Shown here: in pieces, positions 1 through 12,064 of the stretch
How the letters are laid out: every line of letters starts with the position of its first letter
How positions within the stretch are numbered: the first letter of the stretch is position 1
Assembly (NCBI RefSeq): GCF_001194135.2
Contig: NC_068984.1
Coordinates: forward strand, 11,862,266 to 11,926,265
DNA from: Octopus bimaculoides
Taxonomy: Eukaryota
Length of the DNA stretch: 64,000 nt
Direction: 5' to 3'
The notes under the pieces: generated by a model
The model's input: the letters and a program-made list of their open reading frames with translations, nothing else
The model's database searches: none
Told to the model about the DNA's origin: nothing
Program-made: the position numbers and the translations under genes

Positions 1-70
1 CGAGGATCATTGCTATGTGTTTTCAAGGAACTGCTTTAAGCTAAAGAATAAGCTATTAAAAGAAAAAACT

Positions 71-233
71 GTTTACGTCCCTGTAACTTAGCGGTTTGGT
101 AAAAGAGACTGCTAAGATGGAATAAGTACTAGGCTTAGAAAGAACAAGTCCTGGGGTCGATTTGTTCGACTAAAGGCAGTGCTCCAGCATGGCTGCAGTC
201 AAATGACTGAAACAAATGAAAGAATAAAAGAAT
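71..233 (+). mobile_element. 3' half of abundant octopus tRNA-derived SINE (family A)
   Basis: gtttacgtccctgtaacttagcgg...ccagcatggctgcagtcaaatgactgaaac matches the 3' halves of the full copies at 5704 and 11553. Confidence 0.85.
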
Positions 234-649
234 TTAATATAGAACTATAATATCCCAGCTTAAAAATGTGTATCTCAGTTACATCTAAGAAATACAGAGC
301 ATCTTTTTAAGTCTGCATTCTGGTTTGGGGTATTCTTTGTTACACCATTCAAGTTATAAGTCTTAAAATGATGCCAAAAGTCTAAGATGATCAGACTTAC
401 TATTTCTTAAAAATGCTTCACTGAATAGAAACAATTTCAATTCAACTAATTTGCTTATTTTTCAAAGAAGTTTACATTTTATCATTTTTCTAACATTGTT
501 AATGTTGATTTAAATTAAGCTGAAAATTTCTCTTGATTCTACAAATATTACAATATATACATATATACTTCTATCCTTGTTTATCAAAGAGGTTTGGTTA
601 AAAAAAAAAAAGAGAGAGAAAAAGCTGATAAATGAATCATCTCCATGTA

Positions 650-830
650 CTTTGTAAATGGAACAAAATGATAGATTCTTTGATACCAAAATCATGGCCC
701 ACAGCCACAAAGCCTCTACCATCATCTATTTTCTTGATCATCTTTACTTTTTCCAGTGGAAAACACACTCATCTGCATCATTTGTTGGGGTCAGGCACCT
801 CCATATTTTTTCTGTTCACTGGTGACATGT
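650..830 (-). mobile_element. Tigger/pogo transposase remnant (N-terminal CENP-B-type HTH)
   Basis: Minus strand reads PLEKVKMIKKIDDGRGFVAVGHDFGIKES, resembling the first HTH of Tigger transposases; a stop follows. Confidence 0.5.
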
Positions 831-1127
831 TGAGTACAAATACATAAATCCATTTATAAAATATGCAAATGAGCGATAATCAGTGCATTCTGTGATAAGC
901 ATAACATGGTTCACAATTGAGCGTACTGTTTTATCCTGGGTCAGTGATAAACAAAGCTACGTATATTTGACTATCTTGGAATTTTATGAGTGTATATAAA
1001 TATATAAATATAAATTTACAGCAATAAGATAGTGGAAAAACTGAGCTATGATATTTTTTCGTTTTTGTCAAGTGGTTCATGCTGTGTTCATTTTTTTTCT
1101 TTTATCTGAATTTGTATCTCAATTTAA

Positions 1128-1281
1128 CCCTTTCGATATCAATCTGCTTGAGACCACCTGCAGTTCTGTAATACAAAATATCTCGTTTTACAGGATTCGT
1201 ATTTAAAAAAAAAACCTTCCGTCGTAATTTTATGCAAGAATCTTTTGTTATATCCCTAACACCAACTTAATAATGGAAAGG
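1128..1281. mobile_element. piggyBac-like MITE
   Basis: TTAA at 1124-1127 and 1282-1285 flank short imperfect termini CCCTTTCGAT / ATGGAAAGG. Confidence 0.4.
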
Positions 1282-1626
1282 TTAAAAATCCCTCCAGATC
1301 CTTCATTATATGAATTGGTTTTTAATTAAAATGTATAAATTAAAATTTTGTTCATATTGAATAAATATAAAAGGAGTAGAATGTTAGATATTTTTAAAAT
1401 AATTTCACTAATGTGTGTGTTTGTGCGTGTGTGTGTGTGTGTGTGTGTGTGGTAATAAATGCATAATTATAGTTATGTTATTATTGTATGCTTTGGCCTG
1501 TATTTATATATAAAATGAAATAAAAAGCTTGAGCTTGAAGCAGCTGGCGTTTGCATGTGTTGTACACAAAAGTTTTTAAATGCAAGACCGTAACGATAAG
1601 CATTTTCTTCAAACTTTCATTTCATA

Positions 1627-2091
1627 CCGTAAATCCTCGAGTATAGTCTGGCCTTGAGTATAATACGCAGGGGATTTTTAGGGGGCTGTACCTCTGAAAA
1701 ACCTAAACCTTGTGTATAATACGCACCCCTTCTCTAACTTGAGTCAAGGAGCTCTATATAACGTCCTTGGTTTGTAAACGTACATACGGTAACGTCCTTT
1801 ATTATTATTGTATATATAACATAATGCAAATGTGTAGCTTTTTTGTGCACTTTGTTTGCAGAAAATAAAGAAATAACAGTAATAACATCAGTGAAAAATA
1901 AATATAGCTTAAGGTATTTTTGCACCCGACATCACAAAATGCTTCTGAATAAACATTGCTGGACAGCAAATAGAGACTCGGACATTGCTTAGAAAATGTT
2001 TTTCATTTTTAACCTCGTATATAGTACGCACTAGGGATTTTGACCTTTAAATTTTGGGAATAAAATGCGGATTATACTCGAGGATTTATGG
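1627..2091 (-). mobile_element. pogo/Tigger-type MITE, copy 1 (465 bp)
   Basis: TIRs ccgtaaatcctcgagtata / tatactcgaggatttatgg with TA on both sides; inverted relative to the copy at 28750. Confidence 0.85.
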
Positions 2092-2319
2092 TATTTCAAA
2101 AAATATTCAGACAGTGACTATTGCAAAGGAACCCAGGATCAGTTTACCAGTTGATGATCAGAAAGGAGCAACTCGGAGTACTGGAAATCAGAACCTATCA
2201 GTTATGATATATTAAAGAATAATCTACATTTGTATTGAATTCACAAAAACTGTTACTCAGAGTTTCTATTGAGTTCTGTAATTTGTTGCTTCTGGTGAAT
2301 CAACAGAGATTTATCAATA

Positions 2320-2694
2320 CAAGGTGTTCAAAATGTCTCTCCGCAGTATTTTATTGCAAAATAAATATTTATAAGATGGTATAAGACTACAAAAGAATAT
2401 AATATATTAGACTTTACAAGACTTTAAAAAATTTTATAAGAGGTATTGAAAGTGTCGTCCTTCATTTTCAATACATAAGTTGACTCTTCTACACATGTTT
2501 TGAAACACATCTTGGAGAGTCTGACACGGTATGAACCGTGTGAAGGTTATGATTGTGTCTTTTAGCTGATCCTTTACTTGCTCCCTAGAAAAAAAAAGTC
2601 TGGTGGAATTAAATCAGGTGATCTTAGTGGCCAAAGTTCCTTCAAAATAATTTGTTCACCGAAAAATTCACTACGGAGAGACTTTTTGAACACC

Positions 2695-2697
<3 letters not shown>
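2320..2697. mobile_element. Tc1/mariner-type MITE
   Basis: TA-caaggtgttcaaaa ... tttttgaacaccctg-TA; the right TA runs into an (AT)n tract. Confidence 0.7.
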
Positions 2698-2735
<38 letters not shown>

Positions 2736-3329
2736 TGTGAAGTGCTTTTGTCAAAAACTAAACTCCACTGGTACACTCAACATATTGTAATTTTGCTTTT
2801 GTTCCTGAATAATTTAATGTATGCATAATCTGCTGAACAGAATGGTAAGTAAAGTTGTCAGGGCTGTTGCTGAACTTTATGATTATTTAAATAAACATAA
2901 CATTTTTGTCTGGGCTATTTCCAATCCCTTATTTTGTCAAAATTGTTTTCCGATTTATGATCTCTGGTTTTTCTACACTGATATAACCAAACTGAAATTA
3001 AAGATTCTGATTTTATTGTAAGACAACAGAGTGATTCTTTCAGATATTGCAATTTTCTGCTGAAATGAAATATTTTATTATACAAATTGTTTAAGAAACA
3101 CAAGCCATTCTGTCTTTATAGTATCATGGTGGTCCCAATGTTGATGACAATAAAACTGCTTTTAATGTTACCTACATTTATAAATGTCTTTTCTTTCTTT
3201 TTTCTTCTTCTTCTTCTTTTTGCTTTGTTACTTGCTGGGTCTGGAGACATGTGCAGTGCTCTTGGCACCTTTGCAGGTTCTTTAAGATTCATGATATTGA
3301 TACCATTAATGTTTTTGTTGAAGCTTTGT

Positions 3330-3580
3330 AAGTAAAGGGAAGGAATTCCAGAGGGTTAACATTCTGGTAAGGAAAGGTTAAGCATAATAATTACTGTATG
3401 GACAGGGAGTTGGGTGGACACAACAAGAGGGATGAGAGGAGGAGAGACAAAGTTGGGAAGGACTATTTGAGTGGTGATATGAGCTCATCCAGCTCTGAGG
3501 AGCAGAGGTCATTATAGTAATGGTAGAAAAGTCAGAGACAAGAGGCAGCACTCCTGTGGAGTGTTTGTAGGTGACTTTAT
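3330..3580 (-). mobile_element. CR1/L2-clade LINE ORF2 C-terminal fragment
   Basis: Minus strand reads LFYHYYNDLCSSELDELISPL, typical of L2/Crack/Daphne ORF2 ends; related fragment near 50330-50465. Confidence 0.55.
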
Positions 3581-3589
3581 ACCTTATAT

Positions 3590-4415
3590 ATTAGGTTGAG
3601 GAATAATGTGTGAGCATTTTTTTTTTTTTTTCAAATTTATTTTAAACAAAAAAATTAATCAATAATATACTCTCCGTTGTTGTTTACAACTTCCTCCCAT
3701 CATTCAATAGGTTTTTTTGACCCCTCATCAATAGCAATCTCCTGGTCAAAGAATTCGTCCAACCAAGCCCTCAATTCTACATTATTATTGAACGATACAC
3801 CACGCAAAGCATTTGAAATCTGTCGAAAGAGATGAAAATCTGACAGCACCAAGTCTGGAGAGTATGGAGGATGAGGTAGTACTTCCCATTCGAGTTCTTG
3901 AATCATGGCTTTGGTCATATTGGCAATGTGAACCTTGCCCATGGAGTGAAGGTGGTTCACCACAGTTTTTTTATCACAACCCATCTGCTCCACCAATTCT
4001 CTGGTCGTTTGATGTCGATTTTCATGAAGGAGTTGATTCAATTGTTTTTCATCGAACTCAGTTGCTCAACTATTGCGTGATCTGTCCTTGAGGTCAAAAT
4101 TCCCATTTTTGAAGCACAAAAACCAATGACAGGCAGTACTTTGAAGCATTACTTCTTCTCCACACACAACACAAATCTCATGAGTAGTTTTGGCAGTCTT
4201 AACACCTCGAATAAATACAACAAGTAAATGGTGTCAAAAATGCTCAGTTTTGTCCATTCGATTTTCCATTTTAATGATCTAAAAATACACAAAAGTCAAT
4301 AGAATTAAAAAATCAAAACACTATCTTGTAGAGCCAAAAATTTGTTTTAAAAAACATAAAACATTTTTCTAATGCATTTTATTTCTGTGTGCATTTTTAA
4401 AAAGTAACACAATAC
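3590..4415 (-). mobile_element. mariner transposon remnant with internal deletion
   Basis: ORF 3700-4041 contains the HTH (TTRELVEQMGCDKKTVVNHL) and HPPYSPDLVLSDFHLFR; disrupted N-terminus at about 4090-4270; WEEVVNNNGEYI end near 3665-3700; the WVPHEL/DDD core is missing. Confidence 0.9.
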
Positions 4416-4504
4416 ATACTGGGGTCAGCAAACTTTTTATATATATTTGACCCCTTCATGGAATCATTGATAACTTATCACCTCACATCCACCCACCTAC
4501 CCAT

Positions 4505-4700
4505 CATGTAAATTTCTAAGATAAAAAGCCCTGGTGCTGGTGTCACTTAAAAAGAAGCCAGTACACTCTATAAAGTGGTTGGCATTAGAAAGGTTATCCA
4601 GGCAACCATGCCAAAACAGACAATCGGAGTCTGGGCAGCTTGTCACCACCTGTGAAACCACCCAACCCATGCCAGCATTGAAAACAGATGTTAAATGATG
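4505..4700 (+). mobile_element. old copy of RTE-type 3' end element
   Basis: aagtggttggcattagaaagg...acccatgccagcattgaaaacagatgttaaatgatg resembles the young copies at 27695 and 30095. Confidence 0.65.
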
Positions 4701-4856
4701 AATTAATAAAAAATTTCTTGATTTAAAAACGATTCCTTTGTTCTTTTGTGTTGTTGCCACTTTTAATAAGAAATATTTAGAGAAACTTACTGAAAATGCT
4801 TAACAAAATTGATGAGGAACAATAGAAATATTCATATTATATTGTTTTCTCCTGTA

Positions 4857-5300
4857 AGCAGAAGGTCCAACATTTTAGCGGGGGGTGCCAGCCGATTAGA
4901 TCGAACCTAGTATGTAACTGGTACTTAATTTATCGACCCCAAAAGGATGAAAGGCAAAGTCAACCTTAGACAAATTACCGCTAAGCATTTCGCCCAGTGT
5001 GATAACGATTCTGCCAGCTCACAGCCTTAAAGTCATATTATATTGATAGTCAAAATATCAACCCCTTGGATAGGCAGAATATTTATTTCTTTATTGCCCA
5101 CAGGGGGCTAAACATAGAGGGGACAAACAAGGACAGACAAAGAGATCAAGTCGATTACATGAACCCTAGTGCATAGCTGGTACTTATTTAATCGACCCCG
5201 AAAGGATGAAAGGCAAAGTCAACCTCGGCAGAATTTGAACTCAGAACATAACGGCAGACAAAATACCGCTAAGCACTTCGCCCAGCATTCTAACAATTCA
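4857..5300 (-). mobile_element. two adjacent copies of SINE family B
   Basis: Repeated atttatcgacccc(a/g)aaaggatgaaaggcaaagtcaacct...ataccgctaagca; the head lies on the minus strand. Confidence 0.8.
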
Positions 5301-5703
5301 CTTGGCCTACCCCTATTCCAAGGGATGTAATCACTCTTTCTTACTCAAGGAGGTCAATAGGTCAATCTTCAGTATAGATATTTTTCATTCTATTTTTTAT
5401 CAAATTCTTTCTTTGTCTTCTTTGAAGGAAACTTAATTCAAAAATAATATACAAATGGAAGTGTAGGTGTGGCTGGGTGGTTACGAAGTTCACTTCCCAG
5501 CCATGTGGTTTCAAGTTCAGTTTTGCTTCATGGCACTTTGGGCAAGTGTCTTCTACTATAACCCACAAGGCTTACAAAAGCCCCATGAGCGAAGTTTGAA
5601 TGCAGACGCAGAAAGAAACTCGTCATTCTACGTTTTTGTGGAAGGTATATTAACAATATATTTTTACAGGAAGAAAAGAAAGAAGAGAAAAAAACATTAA
5701 ACA

Positions 5704-6091
5704 GATGCAGGTGTGGCTGTGTGGTAAGAAGTTTGCTTCCCAACCACATGGTTCCAGGTTCAGTCCCACTGCATGGTACCTTAGGCAAATGTCTTCTACT
5801 ATAGCCTCGGGCCAACCAAAGCCTTGTCAGTGGATTTGGTAGACGGAAACTGAAAGAAGCCCATCGAATATATAAATATATATATGTATGTGTGTGTCTG
5901 TGTTTGTCCCCCAACCATCACTTGACAACTGATGCTGGTGTATTTACGTCCCCGTAACTTAGCAGTTCGGCAAAAGAAACTGATAAAATAAGTACTAGAC
6001 TTACAAAGAATAAGTCCTGGGGTTGATTTGTTCAACTAAAGGCAGTGCTCTAGCATGGCCGCAGTCAAATGACTGAAATAAGTAAAAGAAT
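5704..6091 (+). mobile_element. full-length SINE family A
   Basis: tRNA-like head (tggctgtgtggtaag...ggttcagtccc), internal (AT/GT)n tract and conserved 3' tail; a degraded 5' copy lies just upstream at about 5462-5630. Confidence 0.9.
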
Positions 6092-6239
6092 TTAAAAGAG
6101 CAAATTCTTGAGAAAAAAACGCCTATAACTACTTTAGCAAAGAAACAAAAAAAAAATAAAAAGAAAAGAAAAGTGAGAGAGGCAAGCAGCAAAAGATAGG
6201 GGTGAGGGAATAACAGGTTGTACACCCCAGAATAAATGG

Positions 6240-6480
6240 TGTATTTGGCCACACCTCATGGACATAATTGCTAAGGTGTTGCCCTGGAGAATGGCCAGTG
6301 ACACTTATTGCAACAGCCGTCCCACCTTACGGAGCTCATTTCCCAGATGGGCCACAGTTATCCTGGTTTTGTGGAGGAAATCAGTAGTGCAGGGTCTGAA
6401 AACACCTGAGGCCCCATTGGCAACCAGCACAGACTGATGGTGACTAGAGATTGGAGGACTTCGATTTTGTTGGTTTAGGT
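6240..6480 (-). mobile_element. remnant of RLE-type (CRE-like) non-LTR retrotransposon C-terminus
   Basis: Minus strand reads SVLVANGASGVFRPCTTDFLHK...GNELRKVGRLLQ*VSLAILQGNTLAI, resembling the P-x-A-V-E-T-x-G and LQRLSxAIxRGNA motifs of CRE-type restriction-like endonucleases. Confidence 0.5.
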
Positions 6481-7883
6481 TTTGTGGAGCATCTAATATA
6501 GATTACAAATGACAAGAAAGTTTCTTTTGAGACATAAAATTCATTCCTGAAGGCTTCATATTTTAACATAAATGCTAACATCTCCCATGGTATTACTTGA
6601 AACCATTTGCTGCTGTGAGATGGTATGAGTGTCTACTGGGTTTGGGATTTCTAGAAAATGAAATATCAAAAGTTCAAATTGTGTTATGGAAATTTTCCAT
6701 TATTAGTTTTGTCTTTTCTAGTGTCAGCCATTTCACATGTGTGTGTGTGTGAGCAAGTCATATACATGGAATCTTCCCAAGCTGTTTCTGGACCAATGTC
6801 TGTGAATACATACACACACTCACACACTTGTACATATAACTGCACTCTGTTGGTTATGTTCCAGTTGAGAGGAGGAGGAGGAGGAGGAGGAGGTTAGTGG
6901 TCCGGGAAAAAGGGTTGTGCCATGGAGTAGAAAAAGGGATGCATTCATAGCCTTCATACCAATGACTAGTGTGGATAATGTTCATAAATGATTGCATGTC
7001 AACAACAATGAGAAAAACATAGGCAGAGGGTTTAATTCCAGAGGGATGACTTTCTAGCTAGAAAAGATTGTGATTAATGAATAGTACAGGACTTGATGGT
7101 GGAAGCTGAGTGGACCTGGGTAAGGGTGGCATGAAGCCAGCCAGTTCTGATGAAGAGAAACTGCTGAACGGTAGACTAGGTAAAGTACAGGAGACCGTAC
7201 ATGTGTGGGCCACAGGTTAGAGTGTGTTGGTGAGTTAATGATGAGCTCAGATAGAAAAGACTGAAGCTGATGATGGTGAAGACATAGTTTGTGTAATTCT
7301 TAGTTTAAATTGTTTCTATTTAAATGTTAGTTTAACACCACCACATGGCTCTTGAGTGAATTTAGGAGATTCTGTTGCAGACATTTCTACCCTCTAGAGT
7401 CAGAAGCCCTGCAAAAAGGTTATGGGTGTTGCCCTTCCTTGTCTGACTAAACCATTAAAGGAAAGGTTTGATTTATGTATTTACTAGATATCCCTTAAAA
7501 GGCAAGATAGGACTGACCTGAATGTAAATAATAACAAAAAGGGTTTTCTGTGATCTTCTGACCCTCTAGAAATGGCAGTCAAATCTCCCTTAAATCATAC
7601 CTCACAACCTTAAAAGAAGGAAGGAAACAACAGATAATGTAGTCTTGGATATACTATATTGTGGCAGGAGACATGCCTTTTATTATATATTTCTTCAATG
7701 GAGCAGCCAGACGGTAAACAAAAATGCTGTATTGTTTTGTTCTTGAATGTGACTTAAATTTGATAATAGATAATAAACATATAATAGGAGGTTAAAAATG
7801 GACCTAAGTCGGAATTTATCCCTGTAACCAAATTATTAGACATGCAAGTGGTTGAGTATTCCACAGACAAGTGTACTCCCAAG

Positions 7884-8185
7884 TAGGGCCGGCGCTAGGA
7901 AATGCAGGGCACAATTAGAGAATCGTCAGTGGGGCCCTCTGTATTACAAAAGCTGAAGGTTGATGTTTTATGCTTCGTATAGTACGCCAGACCTAACCAA
8001 AAAGCGTTGAGGGCTTAAAGGCCCCATCATTAGCCATAATGATATACTAAAAAATTGAAAGCTCATACGAAAGTTTTAATGTTTTATTAGAAGTCAAGCG
8101 TGTATGCGAGACCCTTTCTTGGTGCAGGGCCCAATTTGTCTAATTGGCTTAAAAGCGACCCTGCTCCCAGGCAGAATCAGTATGG
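7884..8185. mobile_element. MITE with AGGGCCGG-type termini
   Basis: agggccggcgctagg...ggggccc at left; gggcccaatt...aaaagcgaccctg at right. Confidence 0.5.
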
Positions 8186-9003
8186 CACTACGCAACGAGG
8201 GGTTAACGTTTGAATTACTTGTGCAATCCATCTTACAAATTTCTACAGTTTCTGACATAACTACAGATGTGTCCCACCACTTTATACAAATCCGGTGGTG
8301 TCAATTACATTTATATCGGAATTTGATGTGAGAAAAGAATTATTGAAGGAAGGGCTTAATTCACACACCTTACCAAAATACATGAAGAAACAAAGTCAAG
8401 GTGCGTGAATTACCCGATCCCATCCTAAATTATTTTCACACCAAACTCCGACATAATTGTAATCTACACAATATGAAATGCATTTGTAGAAATTTTTTAT
8501 TTTAAAAATCGAGCTTTCGGAAAGTTATGAACAAATCAAGGTGTGTGAATTATTCCAAACTCGTCTACTTCCTTCGAAAAAAAAAAAAATTACAATAAAT
8601 TCCAATGTAAGCCTAATTTACATCCTCTAAAATTTGTCTCTGGAAAATTTTATCAAAAAGTAAGTTTGTTTCGGAAAGTTTTTAAGAAACAAAGGCGGGG
8701 CGAGGACACATCGATAATTACGGAATAGAAGCGCTAAGCAGTGATATGTATAAATACAAATTTATTACCAGCTCAAATATGTTTGGGCAGTCACTGTATA
8801 TTGTCATAGAAAAAGATTCTGTCAACAGAGAGAAATTTCCTCTCAATGACAAAATACAGTGAATAGCTTTATTACGTGTTCGAATATGTCCCAAGCATAT
8901 TTGAACTAGTAACAAGTGTGTACATCTATAAGTTATACCCAGTTTCTGTCAATCCAACTTCACTTCCAAGACGTGAACCGAGACAAACGTACAAAAAAAA
9001 AAA

Positions 9004-9121
9004 AGGTAAATTTTCAGATTAACACCCGCACGATTTTCACTAGGGTGTTAGGGTGGGAATTCCGTCCCTAACCCTAACACCCAGGTGAAAATCGTGCGGG
9101 TATTAATCTGAAAATTTACCT
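9004..9121. repeat. near-perfect 50-bp inverted repeat around a TTAGGG/CCCTAA-containing centre
   Basis: Arm 9004-9053 against the reverse complement of 9072-9121 differs at about 3 positions. Confidence 0.9.
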
Positions 9122-9249
9122 AAAAGCAAAAACAAATATGCACCATATAAAGGTATAGAATCGAGCACCGGATGATATTTAAGAAAGCTCTTAACCATTT
9201 GGCAATTATAAAGCTACGTTATAAGATACACGAGCGAATATTGACGTAA

Positions 9250-9332
9250 GATGAGAAAATCCTGAAGCGAAGTTATCTCCTCTTGGGAGTTATAACGAAG
9301 CTGTGAATTTGTTGTGACCAGCTGAGGTAAAG
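9250..9332 (+). promoter_or_regulatory. candidate non-coding first exon ending at donor GAG|GTAAAG (9326/9327)
   Basis: Donor-like site inside a CpG-retaining region upstream of gene A; no ORF; no transcript evidence. Confidence 0.2.
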
Positions 9333-10810
9333 GGATTTTTGATGTTTATTTCATAATTGTTCTTAGTAAACAGTTGTATATTTTGTTGACACACCTTTTA
9401 TAAAGTTAGCCCTTGTATAATATCCATGGTACCACGTAGAAATATTGTTCCATGCACGGAATTTCGAACTATCGTTATTTTAATTAATGACGAAATCTGA
9501 CAAACTTGTTTTGTTTCGAAAGAACTTTGGAATCCAATATTGGAGAATATCTTTTATAAGGAAAGTCAAAAAGAAATATTAAAACAGTCGAAGCTTGAGC
9601 CAAGGTATTTGTTGAAACATTTTTTTATGTTTCTGTTTTATGTAAATATAATTAGTTTCTTGTTTACTGCCATCGTCCGATGTTATTTATATCCTGTAGA
9701 CGTAGACACGCTGTTGTTTAGTCCCAAAGTCAACATTACTTGAATAGACCCATGATTAAAGACGTTCCAATTACGACCATCTCGTCTAAGACTACTGACT
9801 AATGTGTCTTTCTCGTTTTTTAAGACAATAAGGTGAGCTGAAGGAACTTGGCTGCTATTTCTAGCATGTTGAACGTCTGCCTAGAGGATATTACTTGATG
9901 CGATCGTACACACATTGTTCCAGTTATTGTTGTTACTGTTTAAACCGAGGGTAGACTTGATCAAGCGGATATCTATAATCAAAAGCATTCCAGCCATGAC
10001 CATCCACATCTGTTTTCTGCGGACAGCGAACTACATTATCGAATATATTCTTTCATTGTTTAAGACAGTGTAGTTTGAGAAGAGGTTGGCTGCTATTTCT
10101 TTCCAACAGATCTAATCACAGTCTCACTTGTCGCCAAATTGCTTCAATGAGCCTAGTTAATTAATATAACTGGTTTCCAGCTTCAACTTAATCAACAATA
10201 ACAATGTTTCTTTTATTATCGCATCTTGTTAAAGTTGTTTTGACCAATAATACTAATTTAGTATTTTACATGAAGCTTATAGAAGCCTCCACGACATTAA
10301 TCTCATTTCTGTGAAATTGCTAAACGAAGCTCGTGAGGTGCTTTTAAATGATTTCGACATAATTCTTTACTTAGCCGTAATTAAGTGATTGTTAAGCTCT
10401 GGCGCAAGAGCTTAGCAGTTATTTATAACCAGTGGATTAAACCACATCAATAGTTGTTGTTGTTATTATTATTATTATTATTGTTGTTATTATTATCCAC
10501 CCGTATGCCTATACCTAATTAGTGTTAACTTTATCAACAACATTATCATGCTTCCCTTCAATCAAACCCTTATGTTGAAAAAAAAAAAAAAGAGGGGGCA
10601 AGGTCACATTAGATAATTTCGTTGTTGACCATGTGTAGTTTGACCGACATGTGAAGTGGAAGACACTGGATGGTCAAAGCTGAAATACCATTATCTATAA
10701 GGTCTTCTTCGACCAAGGTTAACAGGCAGAACCGAAACAACAGCAACAGCGTATAAACACGTGTTTAATGTTTTTATTTTGTCGTCCGCGTAATGCCTGC
10801 GTCTAGAGCT

Positions 10811-10960
10811 GTCTTAGCACTGCTATAGGCTCCCTGGCAAATCAATGCATTGGGCGCTACAATATCTATTTATTGACTTACATAGATTATAATTATGCCC
10901 TTAAGTCTATGAGACCACCCGAGCAATTGTCCTGTCTACACATACCCTAAGATGATATTC
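10811..10960. mobile_element. degenerate MITE
   Basis: Termini agagctgtcttag / ctaagatgatattct. Confidence 0.35.
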
Positions 10961-11552
10961 TGTATTAACATTTATACATTATTCAATCTTTTTAGAATAA
11001 AACTCGCTTGAAATCGCAGTATTAAAGAATTGCCTTCGCTAAATGTATTCGTAGGTTATATCCTATGCAGTGGTTAATTGAGTTACATCTGATTTGAGGA
11101 GGCCTAATTAAAACTTTTGCTTTAGTTTGAAAATAGTGTTTTACCGGTCTACAAAATATTTCCCAAACTATTACTCAGAGATGATTAATTCATTGTTGTA
11201 AAATGTGAGCAGTCTTTACGTGTTTGGCATCAAATTTTAAAGAATTACAGGGAAGTAAGTACACAACTAAATGAATAAAGGAGTGTTTTTCTCGTTAGGC
11301 AATTAATGACAATCTTTTAGCAATCTTGTTATTTTGTTCTCTTTGGTTTACTTAGCTGTCGGCAGGGCCGGATTAAGACCTGTAGAGGCCCTAAGCAGTT
11401 AAAAGATTTTGGTGACCCCCGTATATATATAATTCAGTATATAAACGGTAAATATTTCGTGTTTATTTTTTGTATACTTTTTACTTGAAACATTTTCTCC
11501 CACTGTTTTTAATTGTTAAGTCCATGAACACTTCGAAATATTTTCGATCATA

Positions 11553-11938
11553 GGCGCAGGAGTGGCTGTCTGGTAAGTTGCTTGCTTACCAACCACATGA
11601 TTCTAGGTTCAGTCCCACTGTGTGGCACCTTGGGCAAGTGTCTTCTACTATATCCTCGAGCCGACCAAAGCCTTGTGAGTGGATTTGGTAGACGGAAACT
11701 GAAAGAAGCCCGTCGTATGTGTGTGTGTGAATATGTTTGTGTGTCTGTGTTTGTCCCCCCAACATCGCTTGACAATCGATGCTGGTGTGTTTACGTCCCC
11801 GTAACTTAGCCGTTCAGCAAAACAGACCGATAGAATAAGTACTAAGCTTACAAAGAATAAGTCCTGGTGTTGATTTGCTTGACTAAAGGCGGTGCCCCAG
11901 CATGGCCACAGTCAAATGGCTGAAACAAGTAAAGGAAT
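11553..11938 (+). mobile_element. full-length SINE family A
   Basis: ggcgcaggagtggctgtctggtaag head through gtcaaatggctgaaacaagtaaagg tail. Confidence 0.9.
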
Positions 11939-11956
11939 ACAAAAATATAAACCACT

Positions 11957-12064
11957 GCAGGCGGAAGTAAAGAATACGCACACCACCCTTTTCGACTTAA
12001 CCCTAACTCTAACCCCTAATCCTAACCACTGGGTGTGCGTATCCTTTACCTTCGCCCCCACTGC
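11957..12064. repeat. inverted repeat flanking degenerate (CCCTAA)n
   Basis: gcggaagtaaagaatacgcacacca against the reverse complement of tgggtgtgcgtatcctttaccttcgc; centre ttaaccctaactctaacccctaatcctaacc. Confidence 0.8.

Noticed and set aside
2830-2850. Strong donor AATG|GTAAGT
   Set aside because: No convincing acceptor or reading frame links it to a gene.
5528-6035. ORFs overlapping SINE family A (also 11548-11809, 12585-12785, 63731-63973)
   Set aside because: Translations of SINE sequence that recur at every copy; not genes.
11553-11620. tRNA-like sequence (also 13610-13682 and other SINE heads)
   Set aside because: A and B boxes continue into SINE bodies with no complete cloverleaf; not tRNA genes.
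11997-12027. Possible interstitial telomere or fusion scar
   Set aside because: Only about 5 degenerate hexamers enclosed by inverted arms; better explained as a small repeat element.
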